Source of the DNA: an uncultured Candidatus Saccharibacteria bacterium
GTDB taxonomy: Bacteria > Patescibacteriota > Doudnabacteria > UBA920
Direction: 5' to 3'
NCBI GenBank assembly: GCA_964631145.1
Contig: CAZVXT010000001.1
Coordinates: 255,151-319,150, forward strand
Length of the DNA stretch: 64,000 bases
Shown: positions 10,101 through 19,670 of the stretch, piece after piece
Position numbering within the stretch: the first letter of the stretch is position 1
How the letters are laid out: every line of letters begins with the position of its first letter
Notes under the pieces: generated by a model
What the model was told of the DNA's origin: nothing
Databases searched by the model: none
Seen by the model: the letters and a program-made list of their open reading frames with translations, nothing else
Made by a program: the position numbers and the translations under genes

Positions 10101-10600
10101 CTCTAACTGGTGGTACTCAAACCTTAGCTAAGTTTACTATTAGCTCTAATGGTACTGGTACTGTTGCTTGGAAGAAGATTGCCTTCACTGTAACTAAGAC
10201 TGCTGCTCCAGGTCTTGCAAGCTTTGCTGTGTATGACTCTGATACCAACACTCAAGTTGCTGGTGCCTTTACTCCAACTGGTACCTTCACTGCTGCTGGT
10301 GGTTCTGGTGGTACTCAAGTCTTCGTTGCAACTAATGAAGAACAGATCACAAGCAAGACTTACGAATTGCGTGCAACTGTTTCTGGTACCTTAGGTACTG
10401 GTGACAACGTTGTTACCAACATAGCTTCAGGTGTATCTTCACACACCGCTCCAGCTGCTTATGCAACTGTTGCTGGTACTGCTGCTACTTTCGTATGGTC
10501 TGATGTATCTGCTTCTAGCCATAGCTCATCTACAACTGACTGGAATGATGATTACTTAGTAAAGAATATCCCAACTAACGGTCAATCTTTATTACGTTAA
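7166..10600 (+). CDS. Large Ser/Thr/Ala/Gly-rich surface protein, probable S-layer or major surface protein
   Basis: Signal peptide; N-terminal repeats (FLSYGF…, FTGLGFSF, FNSWGYSF); long beta-rich repeats; strong GCT/ACT/GGT/TCT/AAC/TAC codon bias; long leader; strong terminator. Confidence 0.75.
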   Translation: MNLIKKVAVSLSSVAMVAAMAFVPAAASAATPGEVYKTTDGTVWFITSDMQKRPFTSAGAFLSYGFLSWSQVKSADASVTALPTGAFIAPQDGTVFCATETKGTDVKGECSLVTGGQKAAFTSADVFTGLGFSFARAQYGDSSFLSKTTNVASASEAHRTGVLVNNAGTVQLVWNGALCGVPSIDVFNSWGYSFANAVTANAADKAMTQSSVMVGRTAGQLVPTCSNNPAPTGPVTAALAFDNPAAGTVVTNQAAADLAKITFTGSGTVTGLTFQRIGVSADTSLSNVYLFDGATRLTDASSVSSGSMINFSNGAGLFTVSGSRTITVKSDLNAVSGETVGVKLVSGTLAGSSSLAGVPLNGNLMTVAGATLAGVSFGAVTPSSATIDPAKDVVVWQSTATVSTRDVWLDRLALREIGSINYSDINNFRLMVDGTTVATTSNLDSNGYVTFSPASPVKLTSGARVIKVVADIVGGSTRTATFSIRQKADLGLRDSQYNVGIATATATPIAAGTLTISTGSVTVQKASDSPSTDVTLGGNDVLLGKYTLTAYGEAVKIETLSVQAVMGVNGTAATTIRNGRILIGGTQYGSTTNMSTAAGTSYTVNYTVQPGTPVTLEVRGDIKNGTGADLNANDTILARIKAGTNNGQAQVSGSTINVPTTDVDANTRTVKSGSISLAKTSTYTNQTTTVPQTAYKIASYQLTGSSIEDVNVNTISMDFAAVAGTTFTSADMTNVYAMYNGERLTTKSTISASGNTWSISKTLPANGTATVDIYGDVGTVITAADSARATVTVSGTTVNSAQSVTSGAVTGQTILIGSSSVAATKDASSPVASNLDDTGTVTAAAFKFAATNDSYTISQIDVKFAAAPTTVSTVSLEDSNGNAIGSPKPAAGTVSFGGLSVMVPANDTAGKIVRVKLTLSTVGPSAGTSGEDVTVTLDGFNAVSANGTSGNSTTDVAANGMYVFKSLPTITNVNLPTTSLTGGTQTLAKFTISSNGTGTVAWKKIAFTVTKTAAPGLASFAVYDSDTNTQVAGAFTPTGTFTAAGGSGGTQVFVATNEEQITSKTYELRATVSGTLGTGDNVVTNIASGVSSHTAPAAYATVAGTAATFVWSDVSASSHSSSTTDWNDDYLVKNIPTNGQSLLR

Positions 10601-10643
10601 TTAGCCTCTAGTTTACACCTTTATTTATAAAGGTTGAGTAGAG

Positions 10644-10678
10644 AAGCCGCCTCCTGAAAAGGAGGCGGCTTTGTTTTT
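10644..10678 (+). terminator. Strong terminator of the S-layer-like gene
   Basis: AAGCCGCCTCCT-GAAA-AGGAGGCGGCTT followed by TGTTTTT. Confidence 0.92.
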
Positions 10679-10747
10679 ATTCTTAGAATATGCTTGAAAA
10701 TTACTTAGTTTTTTTGTATAATATTGGAGTTAAATTAAATGTGACTC

Positions 10748-11428
10748 ATGAAAAAATATATTATTATTGGTAGCATCATTGGGCTGCTAATTATTGGGGT
10801 TGGTGGTTATTACGGTTTTTATAAATATCAGCAATACAAAAAAAGTAAGTTGGTTTTAATTAAGAATTTAGGATTAACAGATGCAGAAAAGCAGCAATTT
10901 GTAGATCGTATAAATTCGTTAAAAGATAGTTTGTCAAAAATTAAAGATGACAAAAAAGCAGAATATCGAACATATATAGATATTGCAGCTAATTATATGG
11001 GTATGGGAGAATATGAACAAAGTAAAGATTGGTTGGATAAAGCAAAATCAGTGATCAATGATGATCCGTTAGTTTACGCTCAAATGGCTGAGCTACAAAA
11101 GTTGATGTTAGATAGTGATGGTGCAATTAAAAGTTATCAAAAAGCTCTAGATATAGATCCTGGTAATGTGGTATTTTGGTCTGGGTATTTAGATTTATCT
11201 AAAGTTAAGATACAAAATGATCCTAAAGAATTAGCTAAATTATACGAAAAGGCAATAACGGCTACATCTTCAAATTTCGAAATTTTGGTAAGATATGCAA
11301 GATATAAAGCAGAGCAAAAAGATTTGATTTCCGCAGTAGAAATGCTTAAAAAGGCTAAGGAATCTAGTCCTCAAAATGCTGCACAGATTGAGCAAGAAAT
11401 AATTAATTTGCAAAATCTTGTAAAGTAA
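10748..11428 (+). CDS. Membrane-anchored tetratricopeptide-repeat protein
   Basis: N-terminal TM helix; TPR-like helices (GEYEQSKDWLDKA, AIKSYQKALDIDP). Confidence 0.8.
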   Translation: MKKYIIIGSIIGLLIIGVGGYYGFYKYQQYKKSKLVLIKNLGLTDAEKQQFVDRINSLKDSLSKIKDDKKAEYRTYIDIAANYMGMGEYEQSKDWLDKAKSVINDDPLVYAQMAELQKLMLDSDGAIKSYQKALDIDPGNVVFWSGYLDLSKVKIQNDPKELAKLYEKAITATSSNFEILVRYARYKAEQKDLISAVEMLKKAKESSPQNAAQIEQEIINLQNLVK

Positions 11429-11430
11429 TA

Positions 11431-11462
11431 AATTAAAAAACCTCTTTTGAGGTTTTTTAATT
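11431..11462. terminator. Bidirectional terminator
   Basis: AATTAAAAAACCTC/GAGGTTTTTTAATT inverted repeat between convergent genes. Confidence 0.8.
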
Positions 11463-12476
11463 TATTTGGTCATAAACAAGTTTGGATATTTGACCAATAG
11501 CAATCTCTAGTCCTTTAATATTATCTTGTGTAGATTTTGTCATGACGCATAATAGGTAAGGGTTTTGAGATTTATAAATAATACCACAATCGTGAAGTTC
11601 TATTAGGTTAATACTGTTATTATCTTTACTAACTTCTACGTGCTCACCAAACTTATGAGAAATATTGATATTATCTGGGATACCAGCAGCAAGTCCATCT
11701 TTGTAAGTTGCTTGATTAAGCCAAGAGAGAGCTAATTCAGAGTATTTTGGGTCCAGGTAAGTTGAGTTGTATAAAATTCTGAAAAATAAAGAATATATTT
11801 TTGGCGATATTAAATAATTACTAGAATTATCTGGATCAGCTATACCCAAATCAGTATAAATTTCGCTTAAATCATTTCTATCAATATTATTGAGTAATAT
11901 ATCTTTGGCGCCATTATCCGAATCTATTATCATTGCCTGTAGTAACTGTTCTACTGAATAACTAGAATTTACCTTTAGTTTTGTTGGAGACTCATAAGGG
12001 ATGTTTTCAGTAGAATCGCTAATATCTTTTGTATATGTAAGATTTTTATTTAAAATCTCGGGGTTATTTTCTGCAAGCTTGAGATAGGCGATCATGAGAG
12101 GTACTTTAAAAAGACTTGCCGGGTTATAATTGTCGTTCTCATTGATTCCTACCCAGCGTCCTTCGTTGAGATTTCGGTAATAAACAGAAGCATTGTCTAA
12201 ATCTCCGCTCAGCTTTTTACCATTAATAAATTTTTGAATACTTTGCTCTAATGGCTGATATTCTGAAAATTCTTTAGAACTTTCTGCGCTGTCGTAAGCT
12301 AGTAATGGTTTGGTGAACTTGTACTCGGAACTATTCTCTCTAATGGGTTTAAAGCTTTTTAGATAATTAACTGCGCTTTTGTCGCCATATGCTTTATTTG
12401 CTAATATGCCTGCTACAAAAAATACAAAAGCAAGTATAAAATGGTACTTGTAACTTGAGATCTGTTTTATAAGCAT
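11457..12476 (-). CDS. Class A beta-lactamase-related serine hydrolase
   Basis: PASLFK (SxxK), SDN, HKFG, HDCGII and PYLLCVM motifs; N-terminal anchor. Confidence 0.85.
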   Translation of the reverse strand: MLIKQISSYKYHFILAFVFFVAGILANKAYGDKSAVNYLKSFKPIRENSSEYKFTKPLLAYDSAESSKEFSEYQPLEQSIQKFINGKKLSGDLDNASVYYRNLNEGRWVGINENDNYNPASLFKVPLMIAYLKLAENNPEILNKNLTYTKDISDSTENIPYESPTKLKVNSSYSVEQLLQAMIIDSDNGAKDILLNNIDRNDLSEIYTDLGIADPDNSSNYLISPKIYSLFFRILYNSTYLDPKYSELALSWLNQATYKDGLAAGIPDNINISHKFGEHVEVSKDNNSINLIELHDCGIIYKSQNPYLLCVMTKSTQDNIKGLEIAIGQISKLVYDQIN

Positions 12477-12659
12477 GCAGTCATTATATCATTATTAGTA
12501 AATTTTATACTCAACCCATTTCTTTATCTAAACTTTATTTTTTCTTTATCTAAATTTTATAGTTTGTCTTATATACTAAATTTGACAAGATTTTTGGTTT
12601 TGATATTTTATAGATAATAAAAAACAAAAAGCCAAAAATAATAATTAATTCCTTATTTT

Positions 12660-15600
12660 ATGGCTCGTATAAAAAACACTAGTTTTTGTGCTAAATTAGC
12701 TGAAAAGCTAACAAGTGTGCTAGTTTTATTGCGTTCACACACAAGACTCATCTCTATGAATAGGCTAACTGCGTCTGCGTTAGTTTTTTTGTTGTCAATT
12801 CAGGTATTTGGTGCAATTTTTGCGCCTATTTTTATAAAACCTGTTTTTGCTCAAGAAGTTTTGCTAGATAGCGGAGCATCGTCTGTATCTGGGATTTCTA
12901 CTCTTACTCCAAATACAGATATTCCAAGCGTACCATCGCCGGCTGATCAAGTTGTGGGTATGCAGCCAGATTTTGGTATTAGTCAAAAACAGGATAATAA
13001 TTCTACAAACACTATTAAGTCTGGAGATATTAATAGCATAGACAACGCTGTAGATAGTGGTACTTTTAAAACTAACATTAAAGACAAAAATGATAGTTCA
13101 AAAACACCTGGTGTAGATTCCAAAACGCCTCAAACCGCTGCATCTTTGATGTCACCAACTGGAACAGTAATAAGCCCAGATTATTTTAGCCAGCCCCAGG
13201 CTCAAAACAAAATGACACCGAAAGTCGATAATAATACAGGTGCACTAACTTATAATTATACATTTAATCTTCCGCCAGGTCGTGGTGCAAGTTCTCCGTC
13301 TTTAGGTTTAAATTACAATAACCAAAATGCGGAAGATGGAAGTATTTTTGGCTATGGTTGGTCTTTGTCTCTACCTTATATCGAAAGAATTAATAAAACT
13401 GGTTTAAATAACTTATATTCTAGCAATACTTATAGTAGTAGTATTCATGGAGAATTGGTTAATACAACAAGTAGTAATTATGTTCCTAAAGTTCAGGACG
13501 GAACTTTCGTTAACTATGTTTTAGCTAGTGGATTTTCAATGAGAGATAGTACTGGGACAGAATATGTTTTTGGTGATACTTCTAGTAGTCAATTGTCCAA
13601 TAGTAATAACACTAAAATCTATCGCTGGTTAATTTCTAAAATTACTGATGTAAATGGGAACACTACTACTTTTACTTACATTAAAGATAGTAATCAAATT
13701 TATCCAGATAAAATTTCATATACTTCCCGTACCGGAGAAAGTGCGGTGTTTGAAGTGTATTTTAGTTATGAATTACGCCCTGATCCGATTTTAAGTTATA
13801 AAACTGGTTTTGATGTAAAAACTCTTAAAAGGACCAGTCAAATTTTAATCAAGCAAAGTGGTACACTCTTACATAAGTATGATTTTACCTATACTGCTGG
13901 CAGTAATACAGCAAGAAGCCTGCTTGCTTCTGTTATTGAAACTGGATATGACGAATCTGGAGTAGCAACAACTTTACCGGCAACAAACTTCGAATATTCT
14001 AGCGCTAGCACCGGATGGAATTATCAACCTTCAAGTTTAATCGCTCCTTTAAATCCAGATTATGGGGACCCTGTTCGTATTAATAAACCCGAAAGTCAAC
14101 TTATAGATTTAAATGGTGATAGTTATCCAGATTTGTGGCAGTCGTTTAGAGATACACCCAATGTAACTTCAAAGAATAAAATTTATTTTAGTGATACAAA
14201 TAATACTTGGGTATTGTCAACTTTAACCCCACCTGTCTTAATGAATGATTATGAAACGCGTTATGCTACTGGGGGAGTTTGGGATCAAGGTGATCGCATT
14301 GCCGATGTAAATGGTGATGGGTATCTGGACGTTATTCAGTCCGCTGATCAAAGCACTGGTATTTATAACATCTATTTTAATAATCAAGGTGCTAGTTTTA
14401 CAGGGCAGTTAAGTAATCCTACGACATTAGGATTTACTGAGTTAAGCGGTGCTAATCAAGGTTCTACAGTAGATTATCGTGCACGTACCATGGAATTAAA
14501 TGGTGATGGGCTAGTAGATATTTATTCTAACTGCTTCACTTCCTGTAATTTTAATTATCAAGTAAAAGGACAACAATTTGCTAATGGAGCTGGGTATGGC
14601 AGTGTAACTCAAACATGGAATATGCCAACCATTAATAACGGCATCTCAGATTATTTTTATGGACCACATCCTGATCGTAGCAGAGAATTTGATATTAATG
14701 GGGATGGTTTAACAGATATTGTATCTTCATATACAGCACAACCATATTGGAATATTTGGAACCAGCATTCTTTTATAAACAAAGGCGATGGTGCCTGGAA
14801 TGATTTACCTCAGTATTATTCACCGTTACCATTTTTTATTGCTAATGCCAGCTCGCAATTATTAATTATGCCTGTTGATATTAATAATGATGGTTTGGTC
14901 GATTACGTGGTTGACCCTAAAGATGGTGGATACTGGACTGATGGCGATAATATTCAACATCAAATTGGCACGTATTTAAATACTGGTAATGGTTTTGTGC
15001 GGTCTGCTAGTTTTGATTTACCAAATGCTGATACAAGCAATAGCGTAGCTGGTCAATTTTCAGAAACTGGTATATTTGCAGATGTTAATGCGGACGGACT
15101 ACAAGATATTGTCTATGGAGGAGCTCAAAATGGTGCAAATTATTATTATAAAGTTTTGTATCGTACAGGTGAAAAACCAGATCAATTAAAAAAGATTACT
15201 TTACCAGAAGGTGGTTATACTTCTGTTACATATAAATCTTCTGCCAATTACCGTAATAGCAGTAATCAAATTCTAAATCCAAATTTGCCATTTACCGTTT
15301 CAACAGTTGCTCAGATCACTAATAATGATGGTTTGGGAACTGTTCAGACATTTAGCTATTCATATGAGGGCGGTAAGTATTATTTTGGATCAAGTACAGA
15401 CAAGAAATTTGCTGGATTTGCAAAAGTTAAGATAACGGATGCTATTGGTAATACGACTGCAACTTTTTATCATCAAGGCGATAGTAGTAATTCTGCTTTA
15501 GGAGAATATCAAGATGAATCTTATAAAATTGGTAAGCCTTATCGTATTGAGCAAGCTGATAGCAATGGTAATAATTATTTAGTCACCATTAATAAATGGG

Positions 15601-18600
15601 ATAGTTTTGACCTTGGTAATAATTCTAAATTTGTTAAGCTTATACAAACTGTAGAACAAACTTTTGATGGCAATGCCACTCATAAAGACAAAGCAGAGGG
15701 GTATTCTTATAACGATGGTACAGGCAATCTGATAACACGTACAACTTATGGGGAGGTGAATAGTAGTAACGATGGTATTTTTACTGATGTTGGCAGCGAC
15801 AAAATCACTACAGATTATTCTTATGCCACGGGTAGTAGTTTAGGTGTTAGCTCTCTTCCAAGTTCTGTTACTGTAACAAATCAATCTGCTATTAAACAGG
15901 CAGAACAAAAGTTTTCTTATGATAATTTACCATGGGGTGGTATAGATAAAGGTAATTTAACAAAAACCGAAACCTGGAAAACCGGCACAAGTTATATAAC
16001 AACAACAAAAACTTATAATAGCTATGGATTAGTTACAGATGAAACTGATGGGCGAGGTAAAAATACTCATTATACTTTTGATAGTCTAAATTTGTATCCG
16101 ATAACTATCACTAATGCATTAAATCAAAGTACTCAATTTATTTATGATTATACTTTAGGCAAACCTAAACAAGTCACAGATGTAAATGGACTAGTTTTTC
16201 AAACTATATATGATGGTTTGGACAGGGTTATTTTGGAAAAGCAACCAGATGTTAGTACGCCAGCAACTTTAGTAAATAAAACAAGCTATACATATACGAG
16301 CTTGCCTGTAGGAACAAAGTTACAAAAAACAGATTATTTAGATAATAGCAACAGTGTTGATTCTTATAGTTACACTGATGGTTTTGGTCGCGTTGTTCAA
16401 ACTAGGGTAGAACAGGAAACTGCTAATCAATTTGCTGTAACTGACACTATTTATAATAATTTAGGTCAAATTTATAAAACTAGTTTACCTTACGCAAGTA
16501 CGGGATTATCCAAGACATCTGCAACTACAGATGCTAATATTCTGGTTACTTTTAGTTATGATGCCATTGGTAGGCAGGTTTCACAAACAGATATCCTTGG
16601 CTCAACAATTACTAGTTATGACGACTGGAAAACTATAATTACTGATGCTCGTGGTAAAAGTAAAAATTTGTATAAAGACGCATATAATAGATTGATTAAA
16701 GTTGATGAATTAAATAATTCTGCAGTTAGTATAACTTCATATGATTACGATAGTAGTGGCAATTTGGTTAAAATCACTGATGCTCTGGGTAATATTAGAA
16801 ATTTTGTTTATGATGGCGCTGGTCGCCGTACTTATGTAGAAGATTTGCACGCTGTAGCGGATACTTCCTTTGGCGTTTATTATTACACTTATGATGATAA
16901 TGGTAATGCAACCTCAATTACTAATCCAAATGGGCAAATTATCAATTCTACTTTTGATGATATCAATAGAAAATTAACTGAAGATTATACGGGTGCTGCA
17001 GGTGTAGAAGTTACTAATACTTATGATGCATGTACTTATGGTATAGGTAAGTTATGTACCAGCACTAATACGGGTGGTAGCGATGCTTTAACTTATAATC
17101 CTTTGGGTCAAGTTGCTAGCAAACAAACTACAATTGATGGTGTGCAGTATTTAACTACGTATAGTTACGATAGGCAAAATAATTTATTAGTAGAAGTTAA
17201 TCCAGATAGTAGCCAATTTAAATATAACTATAATACAGCCGGTCAGTTAGAAAGTACGCAGCGAAAAGAGTCTACAGATAGCACTTGGCAAAATGTTGTC
17301 ACTAATTTTGATTATGGAATTCATGGTGGATTAACCATTCAGGTTAACAATAATGGAACTACAACTACAAATACTTATGATCCTACTAAGCTGTATCGAT
17401 TAATAAGAAAACAAACCACTTCTAATGGATCTGGTAATCCAATTACCACATCTTTCTATTCTCTAGCTGGAGATGGCAGTGTTTATAATAGCGGAACAGT
17501 ATGGAGTACGGTGCATGATGCCAGTATTGGAACAGTCGCTACTTATACAACTACTCCATTATATGTAAGATCTGGAAAAAATTCCGCAACATCTTACCGT
17601 ATAGAAAGAGGGTTTTTACCTTTCGACACATCTGCAATTCCTGATACCGCAATAGTACAAGGTGCAAAATTAAAGTTATATGTTCAATCAAAGTTAAATC
17701 ATGACAATGATGGCGATGATTTTATTACAATTACTCAAGGCTCTGAACCCTCCACTTCAGTTTTAACAACAGCGGATTATTCTGCAGCGGGATCCACTAC
17801 TAATCCAACAGAAGGTATAGATATTGCAGAGCGAAAAGATATTACTGCAATTCCTGTTGCTCAATCTTTGACAATTAATTTAAATGCAACGGGACGTTCT
17901 TGGATATCCAAAACAGGATCTACTAAATTAGCTGTGCGAGAAGGGCACGATGTTGTAAACAGTCCGTTTGTGGGGGCTTCAAGTCAATATGATGAAGTTA
18001 GGTTTGCAACTTTAGAACAAGCAGGTGTTACTAATGATCCAGTGCTCGAAGTTACTTATGTTGATAATACTCCGTTAACTATTCAAGATGTTAATTACAC
18101 TTACGATGCAGTAGGAAATATAACACAAATCAATGATATATCTAGTACTTCTACTGCAAAAGTGGTAAATTATACTTATGATGATTTAAACCGTTTATCA
18201 TCTTCAGTAACTTCTTCGGTTGCATCCGGGCAGCAATCCTATAACGAAGCTTATACTTATGATGCCTTGGGTAATATTATAACTAAAACTTCTACTATAG
18301 GTTCTTCTCCTACCCAAACCTCAACCTACAGCTATGCAGGTAATGCAGGATCTAACTTTGCTAATCCTCACGCTGTAACATCCATATCAACCCTAACTAG
18401 CGGAAACCCAACACCTGTAGTAGTCAATTATTCCTACGATAATGCTGGTAATCTTATTTCAGAAAACTCTGACACCTACACTTGGAACTATAACAATACT
18501 TTAGCTTCTAGTGTGGTATCTGGCACCTCTTCTTCCTACACCTACAACTCTTCAGGGCTAAGAACAAAGCAATCAACGGGTTCTAGCTTTACTAGATACC

Positions 18601-19670
18601 CAAGTGGGGAGTACAATGTAGATAATACTGGTAAGGTTACCAAACATCTTGCAGCAGGAAGCAATCTTTCTCTAACCATAGAAGGAACAGGATCATCTAT
18701 TCTTCTTTCTTACACACATACAGATCACTTAGGTAGCTCTTCTGTCTCTACATCAAGCACAGGACAAATTCTAGAAACATCAGATTACTATCCATACGGA
18801 AACCTAAGAATCTCTTTACCATATACATCTTTCTCAGAACAGAGGAAGTACATAGGAAAAGAATATGACACCCAAACCAATCTCTCTTATCTAAATGCTA
18901 GGTACTACAAAGGAAGTATTGGAAGGTTTATTAGTGAGGATCCAGTGTTTTTATCCCTTGGTGATGCTAATGCTATTAAACCATTAACTAACCAAGATCA
19001 ATCTGTTGTTCTATCTGATCCTCAAAACTTCAACTCATACACTTATGGTAGAAGTAATCCATTGAGATATAGTGATCCGAGTGGAAACATTGCAATTGTT
19101 TCTCAGATGTTTAGGGATTTTAGTCAGGCAGGCTATGCGGGATCAACATTTTTTGAATCGGCTAGTAATAAATGGACATGGTCGGATAATCCTAGTGCAA
19201 AAATAATTTTAGGAGCCTTGGCAGATACATCACGTCAAGTTGCTACTGTGTATGATGGTCAAGCGAGCGTAAAGAACAGGTTATGGTCAGCTGCTCTTTT
19301 CTCGAGTAATTTTGCTGGAGGAGAAGAGGCTGTTTTTATCAAAGCAAGCCCTTTTGAAAAAACTTTGATAGCAAATCAAAAATCTCAAATAATAAAGGTT
19401 AGCAGTAATTTTGAGATACAAAAGTTGGTCAACACTTTATTTAAATCTACTGATGAAATGACTGGTGGTACTGCTGCTGCGGCTAAGTATGAAATTCAAA
19501 ATCCCGGATTTAAAATTGCTGGACGAAATCATATAATTAAAGCAGAACAGTCGATTAATAGAATAAATAATCTATTAAAAAAAGGAGATTTGTTCAATTT
19601 TAACAAACAAGACATTAATTTTCTTAAATCTATCAGAAAGGGGCTACAAAATGGACTCGTCGGTAAGTAA
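12660..19670 (+). CDS. RHS/YD-repeat polymorphic toxin with SpvB, FG-GAP/VCBS and TcdB mid-N-like regions (TcB-TcC-like fusion)
   Basis: SpvB-like TGALTY…LPPGR…PSLGLNY…FGYGWSL; six D/E-x-N-x-D repeats; YD repeats; RHS core TDHLGS, YYPYG, GKEYD, ARYY, GRFISEDP, NPLRYSDPSG. True start may be ATG 12756. Confidence 0.92.
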   Translation: MARIKNTSFCAKLAEKLTSVLVLLRSHTRLISMNRLTASALVFLLSIQVFGAIFAPIFIKPVFAQEVLLDSGASSVSGISTLTPNTDIPSVPSPADQVVGMQPDFGISQKQDNNSTNTIKSGDINSIDNAVDSGTFKTNIKDKNDSSKTPGVDSKTPQTAASLMSPTGTVISPDYFSQPQAQNKMTPKVDNNTGALTYNYTFNLPPGRGASSPSLGLNYNNQNAEDGSIFGYGWSLSLPYIERINKTGLNNLYSSNTYSSSIHGELVNTTSSNYVPKVQDGTFVNYVLASGFSMRDSTGTEYVFGDTSSSQLSNSNNTKIYRWLISKITDVNGNTTTFTYIKDSNQIYPDKISYTSRTGESAVFEVYFSYELRPDPILSYKTGFDVKTLKRTSQILIKQSGTLLHKYDFTYTAGSNTARSLLASVIETGYDESGVATTLPATNFEYSSASTGWNYQPSSLIAPLNPDYGDPVRINKPESQLIDLNGDSYPDLWQSFRDTPNVTSKNKIYFSDTNNTWVLSTLTPPVLMNDYETRYATGGVWDQGDRIADVNGDGYLDVIQSADQSTGIYNIYFNNQGASFTGQLSNPTTLGFTELSGANQGSTVDYRARTMELNGDGLVDIYSNCFTSCNFNYQVKGQQFANGAGYGSVTQTWNMPTINNGISDYFYGPHPDRSREFDINGDGLTDIVSSYTAQPYWNIWNQHSFINKGDGAWNDLPQYYSPLPFFIANASSQLLIMPVDINNDGLVDYVVDPKDGGYWTDGDNIQHQIGTYLNTGNGFVRSASFDLPNADTSNSVAGQFSETGIFADVNADGLQDIVYGGAQNGANYYYKVLYRTGEKPDQLKKITLPEGGYTSVTYKSSANYRNSSNQILNPNLPFTVSTVAQITNNDGLGTVQTFSYSYEGGKYYFGSSTDKKFAGFAKVKITDAIGNTTATFYHQGDSSNSALGEYQDESYKIGKPYRIEQADSNGNNYLVTINKWDSFDLGNNSKFVKLIQTVEQTFDGNATHKDKAEGYSYNDGTGNLITRTTYGEVNSSNDGIFTDVGSDKITTDYSYATGSSLGVSSLPSSVTVTNQSAIKQAEQKFSYDNLPWGGIDKGNLTKTETWKTGTSYITTTKTYNSYGLVTDETDGRGKNTHYTFDSLNLYPITITNALNQSTQFIYDYTLGKPKQVTDVNGLVFQTIYDGLDRVILEKQPDVSTPATLVNKTSYTYTSLPVGTKLQKTDYLDNSNSVDSYSYTDGFGRVVQTRVEQETANQFAVTDTIYNNLGQIYKTSLPYASTGLSKTSATTDANILVTFSYDAIGRQVSQTDILGSTITSYDDWKTIITDARGKSKNLYKDAYNRLIKVDELNNSAVSITSYDYDSSGNLVKITDALGNIRNFVYDGAGRRTYVEDLHAVADTSFGVYYYTYDDNGNATSITNPNGQIINSTFDDINRKLTEDYTGAAGVEVTNTYDACTYGIGKLCTSTNTGGSDALTYNPLGQVASKQTTIDGVQYLTTYSYDRQNNLLVEVNPDSSQFKYNYNTAGQLESTQRKESTDSTWQNVVTNFDYGIHGGLTIQVNNNGTTTTNTYDPTKLYRLIRKQTTSNGSGNPITTSFYSLAGDGSVYNSGTVWSTVHDASIGTVATYTTTPLYVRSGKNSATSYRIERGFLPFDTSAIPDTAIVQGAKLKLYVQSKLNHDNDGDDFITITQGSEPSTSVLTTADYSAAGSTTNPTEGIDIAERKDITAIPVAQSLTINLNATGRSWISKTGSTKLAVREGHDVVNSPFVGASSQYDEVRFATLEQAGVTNDPVLEVTYVDNTPLTIQDVNYTYDAVGNITQINDISSTSTAKVVNYTYDDLNRLSSSVTSSVASGQQSYNEAYTYDALGNIITKTSTIGSSPTQTSTYSYAGNAGSNFANPHAVTSISTLTSGNPTPVVVNYSYDNAGNLISENSDTYTWNYNNTLASSVVSGTSSSYTYNSSGLRTKQSTGSSFTRYPSGEYNVDNTGKVTKHLAAGSNLSLTIEGTGSSILLSYTHTDHLGSSSVSTSSTGQILETSDYYPYGNLRISLPYTSFSEQRKYIGKEYDTQTNLSYLNARYYKGSIGRFISEDPVFLSLGDANAIKPLTNQDQSVVLSDPQNFNSYTYGRSNPLRYSDPSGNIAIVSQMFRDFSQAGYAGSTFFESASNKWTWSDNPSAKIILGALADTSRQVATVYDGQASVKNRLWSAALFSSNFAGGEEAVFIKASPFEKTLIANQKSQIIKVSSNFEIQKLVNTLFKSTDEMTGGTAAAAKYEIQNPGFKIAGRNHIIKAEQSINRINNLLKKGDLFNFNKQDINFLKSIRKGLQNGLVGK

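Noticed and set aside
7202-10318. Antisense ORFs within the S-layer gene, and similar shadow ORFs inside the pil, ABC and dus genes
   Set aside because: Explained by codon bias of the sense gene; no start signals or protein motifs.
11457-12476. Bona fide antibiotic-resistance beta-lactamase
   Set aside because: SxxK, SDN and KxG are present, but the sequence is divergent and membrane-anchored; activity cannot be inferred from sequence.
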